64,000 bases of DNA. Origin: Klebsormidium nitens (Eukaryota; Plantae; Klebsormidiophyceae). A program made the position numbers and the translations under genes. Each line of letters starts with the position of its first letter. Positions within the stretch are counted from its first letter, which is position 1. Shown in pieces: positions 1 to 11,900 of this stretch. The notes under the pieces were generated by a model that made no database searches, was not told the DNA's origin, and saw only the letters and a list, made by a program, of their open reading frames with translations. The DNA is taken from assembly GCA_000708835.1 (NCBI GenBank), contig DF237285.1, positions 1 to 64,000 of the forward strand, given 5' to 3'.

Positions 1-164
1 ACATCGGACTCACTGAAGCCGATCCATCCGGGATATTACGGCGTCTTGCAGACAGCCACGCAGTGCGTCGTTAAGACGTAACCACCGCCGTTTCGCTAAC
101 CCGCAGGTCAACGAAATCCTGTCGAGAACGAGGTTAGGCTTAACCAGTCGTAATCGTTACACGG

Positions 165-718
165 TTGGTGGCGCCGGTGGGGGAGCGGGCGCGACTGTTC
201 CGGCAGTGGGTTCCCATGGCGATGGGTAACCTAGAGATTGCCCAGCACAGGGACACGCTGCGGTACGCCAAGACGAGGAGCGGGGCGTGGAAACCGCAGG
301 TGGTGCAGTACGCAGTAGGGGATTATGTGTACTTACAGCGTGAAATGTTAGACACGCTGGACACGCGGGCAGGGGCGCGGATCTGCGGGTGCGGTCGGTG
401 GCAGGGAACGGGGTTCTGGAGCTGGAGGGGGCGGACGCGCGCACGGTTAGGGTGCACATGGAAAGATGTGCACCCTGTCACCGCGCTGACGTGGACGGGC
501 GGGTCGATCCCCGGGCCGCAGTACCGCCGCCAGACTTCGCCTGTACGCGCTGCAAGAAGGCCAGCGGGGCAGCGCGCATGTTACTGTGTGACGGCTGTGG
601 AGCTGGCTGGCACCTGGAGTGTTTGGCACAGCCGTTGTCAGCTGTGCCAGAAGGCGACTGGTTCTGCGCACGGTGCCAAGGGGGCCAGGAGCGAGCGCTA
701 GGGCCAGCAGGCGAGTAG
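165..718 (+). mobile_element. 3' end of Ty3/Gypsy-like retrotransposon pol (integrase C-terminal region plus PHD finger), disrupted by a 1-bp frameshift near 383
   Basis: ORF 165-701 reads AMGNLEIAQHRDTLRYAKTRSGAWKPQVVQYAVGDYVYLQ...GARI. It continues in the 389-718 frame as RVRSVAGNGVLELEG...CAPCH...CTRCKK...MLLCDGCGAGWHLECLAQPLSAVPEGDWFCARC, a C4HC3 PHD pattern. Restoring one C in ATC[C]TG joins the frames. This resembles post-integrase tails of algal Gypsy elements (from memory, not searched). Confidence 0.8.
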
Positions 719-933
719 GCAGACCCGCAATCGGAGCAGGCGGTAGTCAGGACTGGCTGGCGGTGGCAGCTAGGAGGGAAGAGCAGGGGGGTGCTCGCGG
801 CAGCGCCACCGGAGTTGAAGCTGGCGCTGGCGGCGGTGGAGCGGCAGTGGTGCAGGCTGGTGCCAGCGCTGGAGCTGCGTGCGGAGGCACTGGCGATGGT
901 GCATTGGTGGACCCAAGCTTGTGACTTGGGCCT

Positions 934-1492
934 AGGAGGGGATGGGCAGTGTGGTTGACATGCTTATGGTTTAGTAGGGTCGAGTCACGCGGTTGCGTGG
1001 CGAGACGAATCAGGCAGGAGATGTGTTGGTGCGACAGCTGTCAGACTGGATGGTGTCATGCCGTATTTATGTCCGGTTGAGTTACTAGTTACTGTTAAGT
1101 CACTGTGTAACTAGAGTGAGGACATAAATGCAGAAATTTAATAAGTGCAGGAGGTTGCACCTAGTCTAGGGACAGGACATGACCACTAGGGAAAGAATGA
1201 AGCTTCATGCTTCATTCTTTCTTCTGTTCATTCAGAGGCTTTGCACTGAGGGTGTTCTACGGTGGTCCCTGAGAGCTTTGCGATGGCGTGAAGGAAGTCT
1301 CATGCAACGGTGTAATGGCGGCATGGTGTGAGTCATGTGCTTTGGTCACACTCATGGTCCTTCTGTGAAGCGTGGACGTGGCGCAGGATATTCACATGGG
1401 CAGTGTGGTTGACATGCTTATGGTTTAGTAGGGTCGAGTCACGCGGTTGCGTGGCGAGACGAATCAGGCAGGAGACTCGTGTTGGTGCGACA
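934..1492 (+). mobile_element. Putative polypurine tract (934-949) and 3' LTR (950-1492, TGT...ACA)
   Basis: Purine-rich AGGAGGGGATGGGCAG is directly followed by TGTGG, downstream of the pol stop. The unit ends ...GCGACA. The 5' LTR is outside the window, so the TSD cannot be checked. Confidence 0.55.
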
Positions 1493-1493
1493 G
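942..1493 (+). repeat. Direct repeat pair 942-1037 and 1396-1493 (~96-98 bp)
   Basis: ATGGGCAGTGTGGTTGACATGCTTATGG...GTTGGTGCGACAG occurs twice; the copies differ only at GGAGATGTG vs GGAGACTCGTG. Confidence 0.95.
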
Positions 1494-2921
1494 TTTTCTA
1501 TATCAGTATCGAAACAATCATGTACATTTGCTTCATCCTGTCGCGACAATCATCGTCAAGCTCTTTATATAGCTCTAACCTGTCTGGCAAGTGCGTGGCC
1601 ATGATCCAACTTTGGCCATGCATGATCAACTCGAGGCATGCGAACGGTGAGATACGAGCGAGAGCAACGTAATTAGATTCCGAGTACAGGCTGGGAGACG
1701 GCAATGTATCCAGATCAAGCAATACGACGCCTAGGTACGTAATAATTATCTAGCTACTGTCCGACCATAGCCTGATCCGAATTAGTTTTAATGCACCACG
1801 AACTTACGTACAGTTGATTTCCCACGTCGGACGCTTCCGGCAAGAATAGCGGACCGGACCAGACCTGACCAAAGGCTTTAGCATGTAAATCTGCATAGCG
1901 TCTATGACGGTAGTTCTTCTCTCCTAGGTACAAATATACGATCGTTGACCGCAGATATTATAGTGCAAAAGCAGTTTCGCTGTGTGTTTCCAATGGTTGC
2001 TAATTGTCCGCAGTTGTCAACTCCGGAGAGATATTGAGACAGATAGTGTCCATTGAAATGTCCGGGCCCGCGCACCCAGGACGTGGGGCCATGAGTCCAT
2101 AACTGACGTGGCGAGGGGTCCCTCTTGTCCATCAGCATCAGACGATCGCAGCCGTCGATCCGGATCCAACGGCGTTCGAACTTGCCCAGTTCTACGATGT
2201 CGAAAATGTCGACAGATTCCAAGGGAAATTTCCTTGCCTGTTTCTGTCCCAGGCGAAGGTGCAAGGCGACCTGCGCTACTATGAGAACATGAATTTGGTG
2301 TTCCATGTAGCCCAGGAGAGTCCGAATCACCATGCATTGCTGCGCTTGTTTTGTGATGGTTTCGCTGCCCAGTGCTGGCGGCCCTAGTTTACAGAATGTG
2401 GCCGGTGCTGTGAGTGGAATGTGGGTACCTAGATTAGAAACAAAACTCTGCGTCAAGATGTATTGAAAAAGAAAGAAAGTGCTTGGAAATGTTTGAAGCT
2501 GCTGTATTCGTGACACCTGCAAGGTGCATTTTCCTGGTGAATCAAATTGAGCCAAGAGTGCGGATGCTTCTCTCACGATTCTTGTAAACACTGCAAACGC
2601 TGCCATCAGTGAACCAGAAACATTCAGGTTGCCAGAAGAACCGGACATACCAGTGTCTCTAAGCAGGCTCCAAATCGCGTTGAGTGATCAAGTTAGCTCA
2701 TCAACCCACATCATAAAAGATCAAGCACTGACGTAGACCCTCCTGCATTTTCGACTTCCGAATACTCTTGGCGGTGCTCGAACAGCCAGAATACTGATTG
2801 GTGGTTATTTGCACCACCCCCCAATCTCAACATTAAACCTGATCATTTGTTTGGCCCCAGCTGCAAAAGTTTGATTTCAAAGGCCCCGCTTGAAGCCTTC
2901 TCAGTTCACCAAGCTTCCCCT

Positions 2922-5900
2922 ATGGCGCATCCAATGCATCCCGTCCCGGGGCGCACAATGTGTCAAGTCCTGCAGATCATGCTCCTGGCCGTTCTACTTG
3001 ACACAAAAGTGGTGAAAGTTGCCGCAGTCTGCAACCGGAGCCACCCGCTGGTGGGGTTTCAGGGACCGCTCAGCTCCAGGGAGCACGGGGTTGGCGGTCT
3101 GATCACGATCATCGACGACTGCACTTTTGTGGCCCAGAGGTTCAACTATGATGGCCAGGTGGGCTTTTCACTAGGTTATTGCCCATCACATTTTCTCTGC
3201 GTAAAACCTTGTTTGCAGGTCTCATAGGCTGTCTCCTTGTTATGCTTTGCAGTCCTTAAGCTTGAGGTCCCAGGATTTGAAACAGACGGGACGTTTGTTG
3301 CAAGAACGTGATTTGGGACTACAACGGCCTATGACGACACTCGCCCATGACGAACTTGTATGTGCCCCAAAACGCCCCAAGTCGGATCTCTGAAGCTGTT
3401 ACCTTGAAGACCAAGGTTTTGCGGGTTGTTTGCAGCGTTTTGATATCTGTTTTTTAAAGGGGCTAAGCTGGAAAGCTACAGCGCAGTTGATTACAGGAAA
3501 CACGGTGCAAGCTAGAGTGTATCGAAGCTCTGCAACAGAACCAGGCGACACTCCGCCCTTTTACAGCGGAATATAATTTTAAGCTACTTCTCAAAACTTT
3601 GCTTCATTCCTGAATGTATTGAGGTGTGTCACATCATTCTGCTACCTTACAATGCACAAAATCCTTTCCACCACAAGGAACTCAAGCGCACCTGTTTCCT
3701 CAAAGTCCATCTGAAGTAATATTCGCATGAGCCATAAGCGCAAGTTTTTTTCCATCAGGCGCCGGCGGCTTATTGGTGGGCAGCCCCCGGGGCGTCCGAC
3801 ACGACCCTGACGCTGCGCCGGACGGGTTTCGCAATCAGCGAAGAACTGCCGAGAGAGAGACAGAGACAGGCAAGTCGGACAGTGGCGAGGTGATTGGTGG
3901 AACGTCCAAAATGGTCGCAACGCGATCATACTGTCTCCATTCGCCCGAAGAGTATTTCAGATCGTCAAGGGCCCAATCATTAGATGCGAAATGTACAGCT
4001 CTGTTCATCAGTTTCTCTAGGAGCTTGGTGCTATCGGCTCCTTTCATCAAAACTTGGGAAACGTGTCTGGCAAAATGCTTCCCTCGTATGAATTTAAGAT
4101 CCTTGCAAAGAAGCAAAGAAAGGGATCGAAGTAAAACGGAAGAGACATAATCAACTCTTTTTTCTTTCCTTTGCAGACAACCCTTGTTCAGACGCTCCCT
4201 GAGAGCATCACATGGAACAACATCGGAGTGCTCTCCGTCTGGTGCGTCGATTTCAACGCGAACTTTGGAAGTGTGGTGCTCCGGATCCCTGCCCCAGACG
4301 CTGCGTCGTCCCCTCAAGTAGAAGCAGTACGGCAAGCAGTGGGGCTGACTGAGCTTCCGACAACCGGTTCTACTTTGGCGGCTCCCACGACAAACGCCAC
4401 TGTATCAGGTTATATTCCTATTCCTAACTGCCCTTTTGTTGGCCTAGGAAGTAATCTAGGAACTGATCGCCTCTGAGAGAGCCGGAAGCAAGCTGAATCT
4501 GGGTCACTCGGAATAAAAGAACGTCATCATCTTCGCAGAAAGGAGGGTGTACGACGCAGTTTCAGCGTTGAGAGTTCATCCTTCTCCTTAAGTCGTGGCT
4601 AGATTCGACTTCTAAAGAGCGATCCATGTCCGCTACCCCAGGAAAGAAAAGGTTCATCGATCAATCCTCTATCGAATCACAGGACTGCGACTGACACCAA
4701 CTTTGCTTTACGTCCAGTAGCTTGAGTCAGACGCTCCGACCGTCTCTACTCCATCCGAACAAGTTTCACTTCGTCTCCATCTAGGATCCCTTTTTCGCTC
4801 ACGTCTTGATCCCAGGAATGCCGCGGACCTTCCCTCCTTCCCCCTTTTTAAGCCCTGACAGAAGTAACCTGACGATCTGGGGAACGTTTCAATCGTTCTC
4901 TAGAATAGGTAAAGTAAGCTCAAGTTATAGTAGTGGGACGGGTCGGGTTAGCATGGTGATTAGGCTGGGTACGAGTGCGGAGCGGGTGATTACTTGGGTC
5001 ATATTTTAGTGTTAGCTTCGTTCTTACTGTAACTTGAGCTCACTAAACCTATTCTAGAAAAGTATCCTCCTTACCCCTTTCCAAGCTTTGACAGAAGCAA
5101 CCTGACAATCTAGTGACACGTGTTTCCTTCTCCCTGTGCCAGGTGCCCCCGTCATGAACGCGTCAGCGGCGTGCGGCACTTCGTCGCCATTTGTGGGTTA
5201 CCAAGCCCAGCTGAGCACCATCTTCCATGACGTGGCGGGACTGCTCACGGTAATCGACGACTGCACGCTCGTCGTCCAGAACTTCACGTGAGTGTCAAGT
5301 CACAGGGTGTTCCGGCCAAAACCCTCACGCAAGTGTCAAGTGCGAGGGCTTTCCGGCAGTGTCAAGTTAGAGGGTTTTCCGGCTTGAAACTTTACGTGAG
5401 AGTCAACTTAGAGGCTCACGCCGGGAGTGTCAAGATAGAAGGTTTTCCAGCCAAACCTTCATGTGAGTGTCAATCTAGAGACTTTTCTGGCCAAAACTTC
5501 ACCGTGACTGTCAACTTGGAGGGTTTTTCGGCCAAAACCTCATGTGATTGTCAGATCAGAGGGTAACTGTCCGGCCAAAATTCCGCGTGAGTCTCGTTCA
5601 GGGGGTTCTCCGTCCAAATCTTTGTATGAGACTTCTTTCAGGGGGTGTTCCGTCCTCCGGAATGCCTCCATTGAAACCCGTCCTTTGATAAGCTCGGCAT
5701 ATCCATCGCCCTTAAGGAGCATGGAAAACCTTTCCTTCTTTGACAATCAGCTCGGGATAATCACTTTCTTTTCATAAGCTTGGCATATTGAACCGTCCTC
5801 CGAGAAGCTTGCAAGACATTTCCGTGCTTCAATCTGCTTGCTGGCTCGAGGGTTGCACATTGAGAACGTGTAGACTGGTTGGCGCGCCTTGTCTTGAGGC

Positions 5901-8900
5901 TTGCGACCAAGGGACGTCGACAAACCAAGTACAGTCCAATCAAAGATTGTGCTTGCGCGATTCAAACTCGCCTGCTTTGGTCTTGTCTCCACCGATACGG
6001 GCTGCCCGTCAGGAAAAAGGACACTGCAAAAGGTTGGGCTTCAACAAGTCGCTCGGACGATCCTTTGAAACCCAAGCCGTGCAAGAATTTGAAGGGAGTT
6101 GCTCAACTCAGTTTGATTGGATGTCTCCATAACTGCTGACCCTCGATATCTGCCCGTTATGGCAGAACCCGAGGTTAACGGTCAAACCCTCCATTCCAGG
6201 TTCGACGGGATCAGTGCCCCGGCCACCTATTTCCGGGGCGCCCGTGGTCCTTCGCGAGACGTCAGTTTAAATCTGGTCCATATGTCTTGACCCGACACGG
6301 TTAACGATCAAGCCCGTTTCGTTCCAGGTTCGACGGGAGTGCCCCAGCCACTTATTTCTGGGACGCTCTAGACTCTTCTCAGGACGCAATCTTGATGTTC
6401 GGTCCTTAATAAACCGGAGGGTTAACGATCAAACCCGTGTCGTTCCAGGTTCGACGGGAGTGCCCCGGCCACATATTTCTGGGGCGCCCCCGGCTCCTCC
6501 CAGGACCCCATCAGCCTGCGTGCCCCCCGCGGGTTCCGCTTAACCGACCAGCGGTTGACCCGTTCTGAGTCGGTGACCGTCCAGGTTAACCTCAAAGACA
6601 ACCTGACATTTGCCGGGTCAGGGATTGGCGTGGTTTCCGTGTGGTGTGAAGAGGCAACGGCCAACTTGGGGAGTGTCGCATTGCAGCCTGCCGCCCCTGG
6701 TGAGAATAAGCTCCTTCCCAGTAGCAATGCATTTTTGGGTGAACATCAAATCACTTCGGGTGAACGGGAGCCTTCTTGTGCAATATGATTTGGAAAGAAC
6801 GGTCATTCCCAGCGGAAGTGAGGGCTTCAATTGGTACATTGTGTTTCGATGAGGTGTCACCCCAATGAGTATACGCTCTCATTGAAAAGAACACCGCATG
6901 GAGTAAAAGTGCTTGTCGAAAACAGCCCAAGCTTTATATTGCTTCCTTTGAGCCACAATCTGGTCTCACAAAACCGTTCCGCATTGGAAACGTCCCTCAC
7001 GGTGAATCCGGTCCTCTCCTCGTTTGCTGCATTGAAGAAAAGTACTCAAGGGTCTACTCTTCCCATTTTAACAATCTCACAACCGGTTGCTCAGTCGGAC
7101 TTGAATCAGACCCCTTACCTAGACAGATTAAGAGGGAAGGAGCCTTCAACTGTCTACATAATGCTGGTGCGCGCCTTTAGATCTCTCCGAAACCTTCTTC
7201 AGGCGCTGCAAAGTCCGCTCTTCCTCCGTTGATAAAAAGGCCTGGACAACCTGCAGAGAGCACAACGCGAGAAATATTCTTTCATTTTCAGGCGCTGCCG
7301 ATTCCGCCCCCGTTGCGATGGCCCGCCTGGCTGGAAAGATGGGGCTCCAGATCGGAACTCCACGAGCCGTTCCGTCCGCTTCCGTTGCTCCGGCTCCGGC
7401 CCCTTCCGCCGGAACCACACTCCTGGACGGCTTCCAGAACTGCGAGACGCTCGCGAGTGGGCGTTTTAACCTGTGAGTAGACGTCCTTTGCGTCTAAGCC
7501 GAACGGTTTCGCAAACCACTACTTCCCACAACGATTCATTCAACGATGTTTTCCATTTGGAACTGAAAAATGCTGGATCGATAGCTTTTAAATCCAGCCG
7601 CGTTCTGTCACTGTTCGTTTCCACAATTTCGAAACCTCCCATCCTTTTGGGGCGTCGGGACAGGTCCTTATTTCTCTGCATAGCCTATACTGCTTTCGAA
7701 GAGTTCCAAACGCGGGTGCAAACTGATTATGTCCTGAATTCTGCACGGGATTGTGCGCAACTCAAGCTCCTCTCCGCCTACTGAGAACAGAACGTGCTCA
7801 CAAAGGATTACGATGGATTTGAGGTTTACAGCGACCTGTTCGCTTTAGCGGTACGGACGTCCGACGTTGTCCAACGAAGACAAGCCGTGTTTTTGAAGCC
7901 CCTATGTTCTAGTCAGCCCCAATCTTTCTTCAAATCAGCCTTATTCTCGTCAACAGCAGCCCCAGCCATTTGAGGATCAGCCCCATATGCTCAAAAGTAG
8001 GCCCGGACCTAACCAAAGCTGCCCCAGTCTATTCACATAAGCCCCGGTCCCGTTGAAACCAGCCCCTCACTTGTTCAATCATCCACATCCATGTTGAAAG
8101 AAGCGCCGGTTCGGCCGAAACCAGCCGCCTCGCGTTTATACGCACCACCCTTTCCCCGCAGCTACTGGACGCTCGACAACGCCACGTCATCCGTGACGTA
8201 CGCCCTCGAGGGCGCCTTCGCGCCAGGCAGCTGGATGGGCTTCGGCTTCGCCTCCCCCAACGCGACACGTGTCCAGATGGTGGGCGCTGACGTCACCGTC
8301 GCGTCAGCCGGCACGATCGGCGGCATGGACGGGGGTTTCGCCCAGGACTATTTCCTGACCGCCCAAGTGCAGTGCAATTTTCAGTCGGGGCAGTCCACCG
8401 GGGTGTGCCCCGACCAGGGGCTCGGAGGGGGGGATCCCTCGCTGAACAACGTGCAGCTGCTGGGTTACGAGGTGGATAGCGGAGTGACCACAGTGCTTTA
8501 CCGGTGAGTAAAAACGTGGTTAAGGAGTGCGGTGCTTTGATGAGAGATTGACGACAGGCTCCACTTTCTTTCCTCAGCAGGATTGCTTGCTTTTCCAATC
8601 CATGCATCGTTTCCAAACCTGATTGACCTCTGATCGGGCTTCCCGCTTTATCGAGGAGTCAGTCTTTCGCATGGGTCGTTAGCATTGAGCATTAAGCCGC
8701 ATCTGATTCAGACGTTGTCTTTTCTTCATCTTTCCTGTGTGTACAAGTCTTTCATTCCCTGTATCCTTTTGTGAGTCGCTTGCTGATTGCGAGATTGCAA
8801 ACCCTGTCATTGAGACTTTCTGAAAATGCATGCGCAGGCGGCCGCTGAGCACAAGTGACACGCGGTTTGACCACAACCTGACAGCTGTCCAAAACCGGAT

Positions 8901-11900
8901 TGCCATCTTTGCCGCGGGGCCCCTCTCCGAAGCCTCCACGCTCGCGCTTCCGATTCCGCTCTACCATGAGAACCGGCAGGGTTACGTTAACTCGGGCCTG
9001 GTTATCAACTTGGCGAGGCCCGGAGTGCTGAACTGCACGCGGCTGGCAGGGAGCACTGCACCTGCCCCGGTTGAGGCAAAGGTTCCGGTGGGGGTTATCC
9101 AAGGTGGGTTTGCGTTTAACCGGTACAGTACTATAATCCCAGCGAAGTTAGCGAGCTTATGAGCGTTTTCGAATCAACTTAGAAGTAAGTGGACTCCTTA
9201 CGAGTTTTGAAACTTATGAAGGGTGCAGTCCTTAAGGCTTGCCATCGAACAGTAGTCGCCCCTTGTCAGTCGTCTTCTCCCTTTTGCAGCCGCAAACGAC
9301 GTTGATGCAATTGCTCTGGTAGCAGCAGACGTACTATTTGAATAGTAATCGCTGCTTTGGGCTGACCGCAAGCGACTACTTGAGCATCGTGATCAGAACT
9401 ATTTGCGTGCTGGCTCAAAACTGACGTCTGTTCGCATAGCTCAGAAGCGGCCCCACCTGGTATCACCGCAAAATTTTAGGCTCCTCAATTATGACCGTGC
9501 AAGTCCCGCTTCTTCTGACGTCATCAACCTTAAGTGCGCTGCACTTCGAATATTTGACGTGCTGAGCCAAACGCCAATGACTCGGCTCCCGTTTGCGACC
9601 GTGCAAGTCGACCTTCCTGTAATGTCACCATCGCATCATTAAATTGACACTGCACTTCCCGATTGTGACTCAAGTCTGTTCTCAGGTGCCACTGTCCTCA
9701 ACATCACCACCGGGCTCAACCCAAACTACCCCAACTCACTTCTTCTGACGTCAGCATCGCATCATAATGTCGACACTGCACTTTCGCGATCTGACTTACG
9801 TCATTCTCAGGTGCCACTGTCCTCAACATCACCACCGGGCTCAACCCGAACTACCCCAACCCGCCCGCATGGGGGATCAGCTTGTACATCAACGGGAAAG
9901 AGTCGCCCGTCCTAGTTGTCGTCCGGGGGGTGGAGTACACGTTCAACATCATGGCGACCGAGGAACACCCCGTCTACATCACAGGCATGCTTTTCTGATT
10001 TTCTCGCTCCTAGTTCTTTGTTTCTGCATAAGCCGACCGGATATATCGCCCTTTAGAAGGTTTGGGCTTCTTGATTGCTGTTCTTGCCAACGTTCTGAAA
10101 AGAACTTTGATGAGGATTTGAAAGAGCATTCAGTACGGTTACAGGCAGGGCTCCTTCTGGGTAGAGCATCGTTGGCGAGAAAAGACCTTTTGCCGGCGTT
10201 TGATTTGAAAGATTCTTCCGGGGCTTAGGAGGACAGCGTAGGCTTGCACATAGCAACGGCTCATAGTCAAGTGCGTTGTCAGACAAGAAGCGACGATATT
10301 GATCCGGCCTTCCTCACAACATCGATTCATTGCTCCCAATTCCTGCTGAAGTAGAAACATGCTCTGAATGTCTCCCGCTATCATTATTTCAAGAATTCTA
10401 GTGCGAGGCCTTGCCGTAACTGCCTCAGAAAGAAATTTTACGGGCCTAACGGAGGTTCTGCGTGCTTCTCCGCGCAGACGATGTCACCGGAGGAACGGCG
10501 AACACGCTAGAGACAATCTACGCTGGCGGGCTCTTCTCGTATGGAAACGAGACGGCGCCATATACTTTCAAGTGGACACCGAACGCTACTGTCCCCTCGA
10601 CGCTCTATTATCAGGTGCGACAAGCTCTTTCCGTTTGACATTCAGATCTTGGTCAGCTAAGACGGGCCTCGTGATGTTAGGTTATTGGGTACTTCCAAAC
10701 GCATCTATTCGCAAAGAGAGCGTCGCGTCAATCAGATCTGCTGTGATGGCTAACATCTCCTGGTGCAAATGAAGGATTGATCCAGCGAAAGAGCATGAGC
10801 CGAGAGGTCTAATAGCTACGGATGGTTGAAAGAATGTTGATGGTAACATTAGTATCATACATACTGCAAATATTTCCAATATTTCGACCGGTCAACTTCG
10901 TCTTACACCTCAAGCAATCCGTTTCGATACTTCGCGTTTGAAGAAGTTGAAACATAATCCCCTTCGGGGCCTTGCAGTGCTTCGTCCACCAGAAACTAGG
11001 GTGGAAGATCCAAGTCCAAGATACGAACGCCACGGTTGCCGATCCTTCGACCGTTGCCGCCGGCAGCAGCGCCGCCGTTACCGCCCCGACCAACGCCTCA
11101 GCCTGCCCTCCCGTCCCCTTCAAATCCAACGTCCTCAATTTCGCCACGTGTACGACCTTCCCCGGCGGAGGACAGCTGTCGTGGACTCTCAGCGAGAGCA
11201 ACTTCCTGCGAGCGGCGTACTCTTTACAGGTAGATCGCCGGCTTAAAGTGCTTCGAGACCGTCCGATGGTGGCAGGCACTGCCCTGTTGGGTCATATCTG
11301 CCGTCCGATCGACAAGCTTTCAGGGCCTCTTCAACTCCAACACCAGATTTTTGCGGTCCCGCTCTTGTCCTCCTAAGGATTCCAGACTCCGCCCTTGAAT
11401 AGAGTTTCAGTAAATGCAGAGCATCCTTTGCGCAATTGCTGCTATCTCTAAAATAGAGCGATCTGCCTGTTCACAGCACGACGGGTGGATCGGTTTCGGA
11501 CTATCGCCGTTGGGCCAAATGGTGGGCTCGTCCGCGGTGGTCGGGTTCCGCGCGCCCAACGGAACTGCGCTCGCGAGCACGTACTACCTGAGCGCGCAGA
11601 CGGAGGCCGGGGTGAGACGGAGCCGGATTTGACGCTCTTATGCCTATCGTTTCTCTCAATACCGTTTGTCTCATTTCGGCTAATTTGGCGTGTGTATTGT
11701 GTGAAGACTGGGCAATCTAGGCGACAGAAGAAATGAGGTTTTGAGTAATACCCGCTGCTTGGGCTTGAAGTATCGGTTTTGCGCTTCTCGTGAAATCCAG
11801 AAAATTGACTGTATATTCAGGTCCTTCGCTGTGCTTTAAGTTGGAAGACATACAGACATTGTAGAACGGCTTCAAACAGTTGAGGGGACAAGATACCTGC

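Noticed and set aside
1902-2648. 248-aa minus-strand ORF
   Set aside because: No recognisable motif. The opposite strand also has a ~95-codon open frame (2103-2387), so the coding strand is ambiguous; I could not support a gene call.
3835-4335. 166-aa antisense ORF across intron 2 and exon 3 of the DM13 gene
   Set aside because: It overlaps a well-supported exon on the other strand, has no known motif, and starts at a non-ATG codon. Probably a chance open frame.
5288-5630. Regularly spaced repeats resembling a CRISPR array
   Set aside because: The units are contiguous and degenerate with no unique spacers, the context is a eukaryotic intron, and there are no cas genes.
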